Counted from the first letter of the stretch, positions 48,354 through 58,490 are shown. The stretch is 64,000 nt of DNA from an uncultured Gammaproteobacteria bacterium (GCA_964543035.1 CAZIVL010000001.1:367736-431735), one strand, 5' to 3'. The notes: generated by a model from the letters alone, not told the origin. Numbers and translations: made by a program.

Positions 48354-50726
48354 ATGCCCAAACTCTTTGGTACTTCTGGTATCCGCGGGTCCTCCGAAGG
48401 ATTTTTTACAAATCAGTTTTGTCAGACTCTGGGAGAGGCATTTGGCAACTGGCTCAAGTCAAAAAATCGCGAAGGAGACGTGGCGATAGCGTATGACCCC
48501 AGAGACAGCAGTCCCAGGATCAAAGACGAATTTCTCAAAGGACTAGCGAGCACTGGCTACGAGATTTTAGACGAGGGCGTGATTCCCACTCCTGCATTGG
48601 CATATTTTGTAAACAAAAATCCCCATCTAGCAGGCGGGGTCATGATCACCGGTTCTCATATCACCTCAGATCTCAATGGTATCAAATTCTTTTTAGGTAG
48701 CGGCGAAATCCAAAAAACCCACGAAGTCGAAATCGAGAAAATAATCTCGTCTATTCCAATCACAAATCACCAATCACAAACAACCAACATCAAAGTTGAT
48801 TCCGCAGCTCGTGACTTATATCTCGATATGTTGGTGGGTCTTGCCAGTCTTCCCTACCCTGAGTGGACAGTCGCAGTAGATACAGCCAATGGTGCCCAGT
48901 CTGAGATCATCCGCCCGCTTTTTGAGAGACTCAGTCTCACGCTTGTGACGACCGGTGATTGTGACATCCAATCTCCTTATTTCGTTCCTCGTGATACCGA
49001 GGTTCAGACATCGACCGCTGACCTGCAAAAGCACGTTATCTCAAACAAAGCTGATTTAGGAGTAGCCTTCGATGCCGACGGCGACCGAGTAGTATTCATT
49101 GATCCTAAAGGCCAGTTTGTCCCGGGTGACTACTCATGCACACTGCTTGCTCGGGAGGATGATTCAGAAAAAATAGTTACCACAGTTAGTACGAGCTCGG
49201 TCGTGGATAGCATAGGCAAGCACATATTTCGCACTCCGGTGGGATCTCCATTTGTGACAGCCAAGATGCAAGAAGTCGGAGCCACTTTTGGCTTTGAGCC
49301 CAATGGTGGCAGTATCAGCTCAGATCTTCACTACAGTCGCGATGGGGGATCGACTTTTATTAAGCTTCTCAATCTCCTAAAAAAATCTGGCAAAAGCCTG
49401 GACGAACTGGTCTCCACCTTGCCCCACTACGCGATGTACAAAGACAAAATAGATTGCCCGGTCAACAAATATCAGCAGATTTACGATACTGTCTCGGAAA
49501 AATATTCAGATCACGAGCAAGACAAAACCGATGGCCTAAAGGTGTTTCTAAACAGTACAGACTGGCTGCTTTTCCGCGGATCTGGCAACGCTCCCGAGTT
49601 TAGAGTGATAGTCCAAGCTCACGCCGAAGCTACAGCCCGCGACCTCGCCCTCAAATCCCTAAAGCTCATAAAAAGCATAATCAATCCTAATAATGAAATA
49701 CAAAATACTAGATACAAGATACAAGATACATTAAATGTCCTGAGCTCCATCCGCCTCTTCCCCGACCAATGCGCTCAAGTCCTCTCAGATCAAGGGATTT
49801 TTCGGATCCCCAACATGTGTAGTCTGGTGGATAACATCGTAGTCTCTGGCATGGGCGGATCTGCCTTGGGTGGACGCATAATTGACGCTCTATCACGAAG
49901 GATTCTCAAAGTCCCTCTCTCCATCTCTACTCAATACAATTTGCCAAATTTTGTAAACTCAAAGTCACTGGTCATCATCTCGTCCTACTCAGGTGACACC
50001 CAGGAAACGGTCGAAAGTTTTCATGAAGCCAAAGCAAAAAATGCCCAGATTTTTGTCATTGCCACGGGGGGACAGCTGGCAAAGCTAGCAGCAGAATTCA
50101 ACGTCCCGATATATTTAGTAGATCCCATCCACAACCCCAGTGGTCAGCCGCGCCTAGGCTTAGGTTACAGCGTCATGTCCATGCTAGCTGTCCTCAACCG
50201 CTGTGGCCACATCAGAATTCCCCACAGTATCGACACTCTCCCCAGCTATCTAAAAGAGCACCAAGACGAAAGTCGGTTCGAAGCAGTTGCCCAAAAACTG
50301 AGTGGCAAGATCCCAATCTTGATATCCGGAGAGCATCTAGTAGGTAGTAGTCATGCCATAAAAAACATGTTCAACGAAAACAGCAAAACTTTTTGCGCAA
50401 GTTTCGACCTGCCTGAGGCCAATCATCATCTTCTAGAGGGCTTGCAATTTCCCAAGACCAATACAGACAATCTGGTGGCTGTCTTTGTAGGCTCACCTTA
50501 TTACAATCCTGAGCTAGGAAAGACCATCCTTGCCACAAAATCCGTGTTTGAAAAAAATCATATTCCAGTTGTAAATCTTGAGTTTGATTCTCCCAATCCT
50601 CTGACCGAAAGTCTGGAGTATCTCCAGGCAGGAGCTTTTATTTCATATTTCTTAGCTAGCCTCAATGGCGTTGACCCGGGCCCCATTCCCTATGTACACT
50701 GGTACAAGGATCAAATTAGTTTATGA
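48354..50726 (+). CDS. Phosphomanno/glucomutase fused to bifunctional phosphoglucose/phosphomannose isomerase
   Basis: FGTSGIRG, ITGSH, DADGDR, GFE; then GMGGSALG, SSYSG.T.ET, QPR, NENSK, PEANHH. Confidence 0.9.
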   Translation: MPKLFGTSGIRGSSEGFFTNQFCQTLGEAFGNWLKSKNREGDVAIAYDPRDSSPRIKDEFLKGLASTGYEILDEGVIPTPALAYFVNKNPHLAGGVMITGSHITSDLNGIKFFLGSGEIQKTHEVEIEKIISSIPITNHQSQTTNIKVDSAARDLYLDMLVGLASLPYPEWTVAVDTANGAQSEIIRPLFERLSLTLVTTGDCDIQSPYFVPRDTEVQTSTADLQKHVISNKADLGVAFDADGDRVVFIDPKGQFVPGDYSCTLLAREDDSEKIVTTVSTSSVVDSIGKHIFRTPVGSPFVTAKMQEVGATFGFEPNGGSISSDLHYSRDGGSTFIKLLNLLKKSGKSLDELVSTLPHYAMYKDKIDCPVNKYQQIYDTVSEKYSDHEQDKTDGLKVFLNSTDWLLFRGSGNAPEFRVIVQAHAEATARDLALKSLKLIKSIINPNNEIQNTRYKIQDTLNVLSSIRLFPDQCAQVLSDQGIFRIPNMCSLVDNIVVSGMGGSALGGRIIDALSRRILKVPLSISTQYNLPNFVNSKSLVIISSYSGDTQETVESFHEAKAKNAQIFVIATGGQLAKLAAEFNVPIYLVDPIHNPSGQPRLGLGYSVMSMLAVLNRCGHIRIPHSIDTLPSYLKEHQDESRFEAVAQKLSGKIPILISGEHLVGSSHAIKNMFNENSKTFCASFDLPEANHHLLEGLQFPKTNTDNLVAVFVGSPYYNPELGKTILATKSVFEKNHIPVVNLEFDSPNPLTESLEYLQAGAFISYFLASLNGVDPGPIPYVHWYKDQISL

Positions 50727-53002
50727 AGTACGTAAAGTGGTTCAAAGAATTAAGTCGTGAGGATATTCCTATTGCCGGAGGCAAAGGAGCAAATCTGGGT
50801 GAGCTCACAGGCGCCGGTGTTCCAGTGCCCGATGGCTTTGTAGTTCTTTCAAATGCCTACTTTGATTTTCTCGATTACAACAAATTGCGTTTAGAGATCC
50901 ACAAGATTCTCAAGTCGCGTGATGCCGCCGATCCCGCCCAGCTAAAAACCGCTTCAGAGCAAATCCAAAAGCTTCTCAAAAAAGCCGAGATTCCCCCCGA
51001 GATAGCGCGCGAAGTCTTTGAGTCGTATCACAAATTGGGTAGCAAGACCCCAGTCGCTGTTCGCTCTTCTGCCACCGCAGAAGACTTGCCCGAGGCTTCA
51101 TTTGCCGGCCAGCAGGAGTCTTACCTAAATATCTTGGGAGACGCCAATGTGCTCCTCAAGGTCAAAGAATGCTGGATGTCTCTGTTTGGTCAAAGAAGTA
51201 TTTTTTACCGTGAGCAAAAACACTTTGATCATTTCAAGGTGGGTATCGCAGTCCCTGTCCAGACCATGGTCCAATCCGAAGTATCAGGCGTCATGTTTAC
51301 CACCGATCCGATTTCCCAAGACAAAAACAAAGTCGTAATTGAGGCCATCTATGGATTGGGTGACTATATCGTCCAAGGCGTCGTGACTCCTGACCATTAC
51401 GAAGTATCAAAAGCTGGTGAGAGTATTATCCAAAAACAGATTGCCCTCCAAGAAGTCGCCGAAGTCAGGACCACCCAGGGCGTAAAAGAGATAAAAATTC
51501 CTAAAAAAGAGGGTGAAAAACAAAAGATCTCCGATGCAAACATTGTTAAGTTGGCCCAAATTGGCAAAAAGATTCATCAGCATTATCTATTTCCCCAAGA
51601 CATCGAGTGGGCATATGCCAAAAACAAGCTCTATATCACCCAAGCCCGCCCCATCACCACACTATCCTCATCCTCACAAACTATCACACAACCCACTACT
51701 CACAATTTAACCGCGATACTCACAGGTGCCCCCGCTTCTCCCGGTCTCATCTCAGGCCCAGTAAAAATAATTGCCAATATAAAAAATATTGACCGCATCA
51801 AAGCCGGCGACATCATGGTTACCGATATGACCACCCCGGATTTTGTGCCAGCTATGAAAAGAGCTGGCGCCATCATTACCAATCGCGGTGGCCTGACTTC
51901 TCATGCGGCCATAGTTTCCCGTGAGCTCGGTGTTCCTTGCGTCGTAGGTACAAAAGATGCCACCCAAAAGCTAGTCGATGGCATGGTGGTAACTGTTGAT
52001 GGTGCCAAAGGCGAAATCTACAAAGGCGCAGTTTCAAGGCAATCCAAAAAGCTTTCCATGACTGAGAAACTGGAAAACTTGGCATCTGAAAAACTTCACA
52101 CTGCCACTAAGTTGTATGTCAATTTGGCCGAACCAGATCTTGCCAAAAAGATCTCCGCACACCACATCGATGGCGTAGGCCTGCTTCGGGCCGAGTTTAT
52201 GATCGCAGGCATTGGCGTCCACCCCAAAAAATTATTAGCAGAAGGAAAAGGCGAACAATTTATTTCCAAGCTCACAGAGCAGATAGCCACTTTTTGTGAA
52301 AGTTTTTCCCCGAGACCCGTCATTTACAGAGCCACCGATTTCAAGACCAATGAATATCGAGCCTTGAAGGGCGGAGAAGCCTACGAGCCAGAGGAATCAA
52401 ACCCAATGCTAGGTTTCAGAGGCGCCATCAGATACATCAAGAGTCCAGAGGTTTTTGCCCTGGAACTAGAAGCGATTAAGCGCGTAAGAAACAAACACAA
52501 TCTCAAAAATCTTTGGCTCATGATCCCATTTGTCTCGACGGTTTCAGAGCTTGTTGAGGTAAAAAAGATTGTCGCCGCCAGTGGTCTATATAGGAGTAGT
52601 AATTTCAAGCTCTTTATGATGGTCGAGATACCCTCAAACGTGATTCTGTTGGACGACTTTTTGGATGTGGGTATCGATGGTGTATCTATTGGCAGCAACG
52701 ATCTGACAATGTTAATCTTGGGTACAGATCGTGACAATTCTGAGGTCGCCTCGCAGTTTGACGAGAGAAACCCCGCCGTCATGTGGGCTCTCGAAAAGAC
52801 TGTCAGGACTTGTGCCAAAAGAGGTGTCATGTGCGGCATCTGCGGCCAAGCTCCTAGTGAGTATCCAGAGTTAGTCGAAAAATTGGTTGAGTGGGGAGTG
52901 ACCAGTATTTCAGTCAATCCCGATGCCATCGGTCGCACTCGCCAGATCATATTCAATGCTGAACATAGTCTTATTACTAAGAAATCTAAATCGTCATCCT
53001 GA
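50723..53002 (+). CDS. ppsA: Phosphoenolpyruvate synthase
   Basis: GGKGANLGE, RSSATAED, TSHAAIVSRE, SIGSNDLT. Confidence 0.95.
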   Translation: MKYVKWFKELSREDIPIAGGKGANLGELTGAGVPVPDGFVVLSNAYFDFLDYNKLRLEIHKILKSRDAADPAQLKTASEQIQKLLKKAEIPPEIAREVFESYHKLGSKTPVAVRSSATAEDLPEASFAGQQESYLNILGDANVLLKVKECWMSLFGQRSIFYREQKHFDHFKVGIAVPVQTMVQSEVSGVMFTTDPISQDKNKVVIEAIYGLGDYIVQGVVTPDHYEVSKAGESIIQKQIALQEVAEVRTTQGVKEIKIPKKEGEKQKISDANIVKLAQIGKKIHQHYLFPQDIEWAYAKNKLYITQARPITTLSSSSQTITQPTTHNLTAILTGAPASPGLISGPVKIIANIKNIDRIKAGDIMVTDMTTPDFVPAMKRAGAIITNRGGLTSHAAIVSRELGVPCVVGTKDATQKLVDGMVVTVDGAKGEIYKGAVSRQSKKLSMTEKLENLASEKLHTATKLYVNLAEPDLAKKISAHHIDGVGLLRAEFMIAGIGVHPKKLLAEGKGEQFISKLTEQIATFCESFSPRPVIYRATDFKTNEYRALKGGEAYEPEESNPMLGFRGAIRYIKSPEVFALELEAIKRVRNKHNLKNLWLMIPFVSTVSELVEVKKIVAASGLYRSSNFKLFMMVEIPSNVILLDDFLDVGIDGVSIGSNDLTMLILGTDRDNSEVASQFDERNPAVMWALEKTVRTCAKRGVMCGICGQAPSEYPELVEKLVEWGVTSISVNPDAIGRTRQIIFNAEHSLITKKSKSSS

Positions 53003-53056
53003 GGCGCACCGAAGGATCCAGGTTTCTCTGGATTCTTCACTACGTTCGGAATGACA
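52993..53056. repeat. REP-like element, full copy; supplies the ppsA stop codon
   Basis: GTCATCCTGA...GAAGGATCCAG...CTGGATTCTTC...TCGGAATGAC. Confidence 0.85.
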
Positions 53057-53071
53057 ATATAGACTATACAT

Positions 53072-54340
53072 ATGAAATTAAAGCAGCTTTACGCCAGAGA
53101 AATCATTGATTCCCGTTCGACTCCGACCGTAGAAGTCGTGGCTATACTGGATACAGGTGAGTTTGGCGTCGCCTCAGTGCCATCTGGCAGTTCCACCGGC
53201 AGTTACGAAGCCTTAGAGCTCCGAGACAATGACCCAAACAGATATTTAGGCAAAGGAGTCCTCAAATCAGTAGGTTTTGTAAACACAGACATAGCCCAAG
53301 CTCTAGTCGGAAAAGATTTTGAAAGTATCGGACAGTTGGACGATATTTTGATCAAACTAGATGGTACTCCCACCAAGTCTCGTCTAGGGGCAAATTCGAT
53401 CCTGGGTGTCTCCATGGCCGCGACCAAAGCCGCCGCCACCGCCGCCAAGTTACCTCTATATAAATATATTTCCCAACTCACAACCCAAAACCCACAACCT
53501 ACGACTAATTTATTCGTCCCCGTCCCCATTTTCAACATGATAAACGGCGGCAAGCATGGTGCTGGCAATTTGGATTTTCAGGAGTTCCATGTCATCCCCA
53601 GCCGGCTCAAATCATTTGCGTCCATGCTCGAAGTAGGCTGTGAGATATATCAGACTATAAAAAAACTTTTGGCCAGACGGGGTGCTATTCATAGCGTAGG
53701 TGACGAAGGTGGCTTTGCTCCCAATCTTTTTACTAATCTGGATGCTCTAGAGATTCTCAATGAATCTATTATGGAATGTCACAAAAAACCCACCATCGAT
53801 GTAGAGCTGGGCTTGGATATTGCGGCCAATAGTTTTTTCAAAGATGGCAAGTACATCATCAAAGATCGCAGTAGTCCCATGGACACGGCCGAATTTGTAG
53901 ATTATCTCAGAGATCTAAATAGCCAGTACCACTTGAGACTTCTCGAAGACCCCTTGCACGAAGATGATTGGAAAGGCTGGAGTCAGCTCACGAGTACTTT
54001 AGGCAGTGTGACGACTATTGTAGGCGACGATCTAATCGCAACCAACAAAGACAAAGTAAAAAAGGCTATCACCGAAAAAGCCTGTACCGGGGCCATTATC
54101 AAACCAAATCAGATCGGAACCGTCACCGAAACGATCGAAGTCGTAACCCAGGCGCGTACTGCCGGCTGGAAGATAGTCGTGTCCCATAGATCAGGTGAGA
54201 CCAACGACACATTTATCGCCGATTTTGCAGTCGGAGTCGGAGCCGATTATGCCAAGTTCGGCGCTCCCGCCCGCGGCGAACGTGTGGCCAAGTACAACAG
54301 GCTACTATCTATAGAATCTGAATTGTCTCAGCACCCTTAA
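53072..54340 (+). CDS. eno: Enolase
   Basis: VPSGSSTG, GDEGG, VSHRSGET, RGERVAKYN. Confidence 0.97.
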   Translation: MKLKQLYAREIIDSRSTPTVEVVAILDTGEFGVASVPSGSSTGSYEALELRDNDPNRYLGKGVLKSVGFVNTDIAQALVGKDFESIGQLDDILIKLDGTPTKSRLGANSILGVSMAATKAAATAAKLPLYKYISQLTTQNPQPTTNLFVPVPIFNMINGGKHGAGNLDFQEFHVIPSRLKSFASMLEVGCEIYQTIKKLLARRGAIHSVGDEGGFAPNLFTNLDALEILNESIMECHKKPTIDVELGLDIAANSFFKDGKYIIKDRSSPMDTAEFVDYLRDLNSQYHLRLLEDPLHEDDWKGWSQLTSTLGSVTTIVGDDLIATNKDKVKKAITEKACTGAIIKPNQIGTVTETIEVVTQARTAGWKIVVSHRSGETNDTFIADFAVGVGADYAKFGAPARGERVAKYNRLLSIESELSQHP

Positions 54341-54572
54341 CACCACACAAACAAACTTCTAAAAAATCGTCGTAGGCAGCTTCGCAACACACCAACTGCG
54401 ACTGAAAAAATTTTGTGGAAAGAATTACGAAACAATAAATTAGGGGTAAAATTCACAAGACAATATAGTATTGACGGCTATGTGCTTGATTTTTATTGTC
54501 AGAGCAAACGAAGAAGTGATAACCGATCTAGTGGAAACATTAAATATCATTAGAAACGAGATCCCCTCTTAG
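54341..54572 (+). pseudogene. DUF559 (Vsr-like) endonuclease relic with internal deletion
   Basis: RRRQLRNTPTATEKILWKELRN.KLGVKFTRQYSIDGYVLDFYC, then a frame change to NEEVITDLVETLNII; no start codon. Confidence 0.8.
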
Positions 54573-54616
54573 AGTAAGAGGGGATTATAGGGGTGTTATT
54601 GATGTAAACTATATTC

Positions 54617-56245
54617 ATGGCAAACAAACCAGTAGTCCTTACGATTCTCGACGGCTGGGGTATCACCCCTCCCAGCCCTGGCAATGCCATAGCCCAAGCC
54701 AAGACACCCAACATGACCTCCTTCTGGCAGGAGTACACCCACACTCAGCTCATCGCACACGGTGAGTCAGTAGGCCTTCCCAAAAGAGAGCCGGGAAATA
54801 CGGAGACCGGACATCTCAATCTGGGAGCCGGCCGCATCGCCTATCAAGATCTCCCCAGGATAAACATCTCGATTGCCGATGGCTCTTTTTTCCAAAACCC
54901 CGCACTTTTGGCCGCTACCAAACATGTGAGCGATCACAAAAGCAATCTTCACATCTTAAGCCTAGTCGGAGGCGGCGGAGTGCATTCTGATCTATCTCAC
55001 TTTTTTGCTCTCTTGCGACTTTGCCACGAACAAAATATGAAAAACGTTTATCTACACATATTTACCGATGGCCGTGATTCTCCTCCCACTTCTAGTTTGG
55101 ACTATATCAAGCAGCTTCAGGCGGTTATGGCTCGTGAGGGTGTAGGCAAGATCGCCTCTGTGTGTGGTCGGTTTTACGCCATGGACCGGGATTTTCGTTG
55201 GGATCGCACCCAAAAAGCCTACGAGGCCCTAACTGAAGGAAAAGGAAAGACAGCTCCCGATATCGAAACGGCCATCAAAGAAAGCTACAACCAGGATCTC
55301 ACCGATGAGTTTATCGAGCCGACTCTCATAGTAGACGCGGCCAAAAACCCAGTGACAAAAGTAAGTGACAATGATGCTGTGATTTTTGCCAATTTCAGAA
55401 TTGACAGGCCTCGCCAGCTCACCAAAGCCTTTGTTCTTCCAGATTTGGATGCCAAGGGCAACACCATCGATTTTGATCCATATGCCATCCAGTACACAAA
55501 AAAACATGTAGATGAAAAAGACAGTATCCGCCCAAAACCATTTACCAGAAACGTAGTTCTCAAGAATCTTTTTTTTGTCACTCTCACTGAATACGAAAAA
55601 GATCTTCCAGTGCACGCCGCCTTTCCCCCTCAAGTGATCCAAAACACGCTAGGAGAAACTATTGCCAATCACAGTGCAAAACAGCTACACATGTCCGAAA
55701 GCGAAAAAGAGCGTTTTGTAACCTATTATTTCAATGGCCTAAGAGAACAAAGTTTTCCCGGGGAGAACCGCCTCATTATCCCATCGCCCAAAGTGTCCAC
55801 TTACGACAAAAAGCCAGAGATGTCAGCCTTTGAGCTGACAGACCGCCTGATATCAGAAATTAAAAGTGGGACTTATGATTTTATAGTCGTAAATTATGCC
55901 AATGCGGACATGGTCGGTCACACGGGTAATATCAAAGCTACCATTCAGGCTTGTGAGACGGTAGACACCTGCTTGGGAAGACTCAAAGATGCTATTCTCA
56001 CCACAGACGGAGTACTGGTCATAACGGCCGATCATGGCAATGCCGAAGAGATGCTAAATCTAGCCACCAACACGACCGATACCGAGCACAATGCCAACCC
56101 TGTACCTCTAATAATCATTGGTAACCAATTCAAAAATGGTAAACAGTTGCCTCAAGGCATATTGGCAGATGTAGCCCCCACCGTGCTTCAACTTATGACC
56201 ATCCCCATTCCGTTCTCCATGTCCGGCCGCGACCTCCTGGCCTAG
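54617..56245 (+). CDS. gpmI: 2,3-BPG-independent phosphoglycerate mutase
   Basis: ILDGWG, GNTETGH, DGRD, YAMDRD, DMVGHTG, TADHGNAE. Confidence 0.95.
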   Translation: MANKPVVLTILDGWGITPPSPGNAIAQAKTPNMTSFWQEYTHTQLIAHGESVGLPKREPGNTETGHLNLGAGRIAYQDLPRINISIADGSFFQNPALLAATKHVSDHKSNLHILSLVGGGGVHSDLSHFFALLRLCHEQNMKNVYLHIFTDGRDSPPTSSLDYIKQLQAVMAREGVGKIASVCGRFYAMDRDFRWDRTQKAYEALTEGKGKTAPDIETAIKESYNQDLTDEFIEPTLIVDAAKNPVTKVSDNDAVIFANFRIDRPRQLTKAFVLPDLDAKGNTIDFDPYAIQYTKKHVDEKDSIRPKPFTRNVVLKNLFFVTLTEYEKDLPVHAAFPPQVIQNTLGETIANHSAKQLHMSESEKERFVTYYFNGLREQSFPGENRLIIPSPKVSTYDKKPEMSAFELTDRLISEIKSGTYDFIVVNYANADMVGHTGNIKATIQACETVDTCLGRLKDAILTTDGVLVITADHGNAEEMLNLATNTTDTEHNANPVPLIIIGNQFKNGKQLPQGILADVAPTVLQLMTIPIPFSMSGRDLLA

Positions 56246-56291
56246 CCCATAGTCTTGATATTCATTTTTTAGAAGCGTAAAATATCCATTT

Positions 56292-56564
56292 ATGATCTCA
56301 GAAGGACCTCGCAGGGGATGGGAACACCGCCAAGTACAAGCAATTGAGGCGGCTTTTGATGATGGAGCTCAAGCAGTTTATCCCATACCTGCACCTGTAT
56401 CATTAGAAAGTTTGCAAGAAATAAACGCAGAGGCACAAGCAAATGGCTTCGAGGTTATTGGACTAGTCCTTCCTGAAGTCGGACCACGTAGTGAGATAGG
56501 TCTAGTCTCAGGAGTGTCTTGGCGTATCGTCCACACAAATCCTAACCCAGATATACAAGAATAG
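56292..56564 (+). CDS. Hypothetical protein
   Basis: 90 aa; TAAAAT 8 nt upstream. Confidence 0.55.
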   Translation: MISEGPRRGWEHRQVQAIEAAFDDGAQAVYPIPAPVSLESLQEINAEAQANGFEVIGLVLPEVGPRSEIGLVSGVSWRIVHTNPNPDIQE

Positions 56565-57189
56565 TAACCTCGCCCTTGATCTTCATTCCAGTTTGATATT
56601 CCTCAATACTTTCATGTATCTTGGTCAGCTCTTGCGCCACTACGATCTTGGCCTCGGGATATCTCTCTTTTATTTCCTCCAGAGTCTTTTGGGCTCTTTC
56701 GGGGGATTCATAAATAACATTCGTCATCTCAGGCAGCAGTTCCCATTTTTTGTTGAGAAATCCATGGAACACAAATTTGTTGGTAGGCAGTCCCGCGGCG
56801 GACAGTGCGGCAGCCGCCGCAAATGGTCCTGGTATAGGCGAGACCGTGACTGCCGCCTCACGAGCAGCCCGGACGACTTTGAATCCCGGATCAGATAGTA
56901 AGGGAGTCCCAGCATCTGATACCAAGGCTACATCACTTTCCTGCAGCGCCGTCAGTATTTTCGGGACGGTTTCCAGTTCATTAAAATCCCGGACCGATAT
57001 ATATTTCCTCTCAGGAATCTCCCCCGTCAGATTTGTCCCGTATCGCTCCTCCAGTATTTTGAGTAGGTTTCCCGTATGTCTCGTATCCTCACAAGCAATC
57101 ACCGGTGTGCTCAAAAGTATCTTGATCGCCCGTATAGATATATCTTCCAGGTTGCCAACAGGCGTTGCTACTACATATAATGTCCCCAT
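56542..57189 (-). CDS. rsmI: 16S rRNA C1402 2'-O-methyltransferase
   Basis: LYVVATPVGNLEDI, EDTR, SDAGTPLLSDPG, YESP, ELTKIHE. Confidence 0.92.
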   Translation of the reverse strand: MGTLYVVATPVGNLEDISIRAIKILLSTPVIACEDTRHTGNLLKILEERYGTNLTGEIPERKYISVRDFNELETVPKILTALQESDVALVSDAGTPLLSDPGFKVVRAAREAAVTVSPIPGPFAAAAALSAAGLPTNKFVFHGFLNKKWELLPEMTNVIYESPERAQKTLEEIKERYPEAKIVVAQELTKIHESIEEYQTGMKIKGEVTILVYLG

Positions 57190-57844
57190 GCTATCTCAGA
57201 TTATAAAGCCTTTTGAAGATATTCTCCTAAATCTTGCCCACACCATCCCCCTTGAGCTCTTTGTCCCCATTGGTTCTTTTGTAGAAGAAATCGTGGCTCC
57301 CATTCCCTCACCCCTGATTATGATTACCGCTGGATCCATTGCTTCCTTTCAGGGTCGCACCATTGCATCATTATTCGTTCTGTCGCTTTTGGGAGCCATT
57401 GGCAAGACCATAGGCGCCGTCATCCTCTATACACTTGCTGACAAAGGAGAAGATTTTGTCTTCAAACACTTTGGTAAATACCTGGGCTTCAGCCACAAAG
57501 ATGTGGAATCAATTGGTAAGCATTTCAATGGGGGAATCAAAGATGACCTGATTCTCTTGGGTATCAGAAGTTTGCCTATTATCCCAAGTGCTCCAGTCTC
57601 TTTGGTCTGCGGTGTGATCAAGATCAAGTTTCGCACCTTTGTGACCTCTACATTTGTAGGTACCATCATTCGCGACTCGTTGTTTTTATACTTCGGCTAC
57701 AGTGGACTGGCCAGCCTCAATGCCGTCGTTCATGGTGTAGAAGCCTTTGAATCAGTCATGCAGATCGTCATCTTCCTATCTCTTGGCATCCTCATCGGCT
57801 GGGCCTACTATCACCGCCACAAAAGATCAAAAGCAAAAAATTAA
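57188..57844 (+). CDS. DedA/VTT family membrane protein
   Basis: EE..APIPS, GA.ILY, R.LP; true start is ATG 57188. Confidence 0.85.
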   Translation: MLSQIIKPFEDILLNLAHTIPLELFVPIGSFVEEIVAPIPSPLIMITAGSIASFQGRTIASLFVLSLLGAIGKTIGAVILYTLADKGEDFVFKHFGKYLGFSHKDVESIGKHFNGGIKDDLILLGIRSLPIIPSAPVSLVCGVIKIKFRTFVTSTFVGTIIRDSLFLYFGYSGLASLNAVVHGVEAFESVMQIVIFLSLGILIGWAYYHRHKRSKAKN

Positions 57845-58476
57845 TTTATCGTTTGATATCTTCGTATTACCCCCACGACTTTCCCCTGTATTTTGACTTT
57901 TGTTACAAATATCGGGGACATGGTGGAGTTGGCTGGTTCCAGTCTGACCCGAGTCGCTTCTTTGAAATATCTTTTCAAAGTGGCAAAACCATTGTCTAGG
58001 AGGGCCACGACCACCTCACCATCGCGGGCTGTCTCTACTTGTTCGATTACTACATAGTCACGGTCAAATATCCCCGCCTCGATCATCGAGTCGCCTTTTA
58101 CTTGCAGTACAAAGCAACGTTTTTTGGATGACACCATAGTAGGAGGCACCGAAAACGTCGCATTGGGATCTGTAAATGGCTCGATCGGTTGGCCAGCCGC
58201 AATAAATCCTAGGACTGGTAGGTCGACCGCCGAGGCTGAAGACATTCTCTCAGCCGCATTCTTATCTAGTATCTCCATGCCGCGCACCGCGCCATCAAAT
58301 CTCTTGATCACGCCTTTTTTCTCCATCGCTTCCAGATGCTCGTGCACTGTAGCCAGAGAGGAGACGCCCAAAGCTTTAGCAATTTCCTGAAGCGTTGGGG
58401 AAAATCCGTGGGATTGGATATATTGAGCGACGAAGTCTAAAATCTGTCTTTGTCTGTTGTAAAGAACCACTGGCAT
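57841..58476 (-). CDS. lexA: SOS repressor LexA
   Basis: RQ..IL, PTLQEIA, IAAG.P cleavage site, GDSM, TLKR. Confidence 0.95.
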   Translation of the reverse strand: MPVVLYNRQRQILDFVAQYIQSHGFSPTLQEIAKALGVSSLATVHEHLEAMEKKGVIKRFDGAVRGMEILDKNAAERMSSASAVDLPVLGFIAAGQPIEPFTDPNATFSVPPTMVSSKKRCFVLQVKGDSMIEAGIFDRDYVVIEQVETARDGEVVVALLDNGFATLKRYFKEATRVRLEPANSTMSPIFVTKVKIQGKVVGVIRRYQTIN

Positions 58477-58490
58477 ATGTACAATATAAT

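Noticed and set aside
56750-57187. 146-aa N-terminal extension of DedA
   Set aside because: Antisense shadow of rsmI; ATG 57188 has its own TATAAT.
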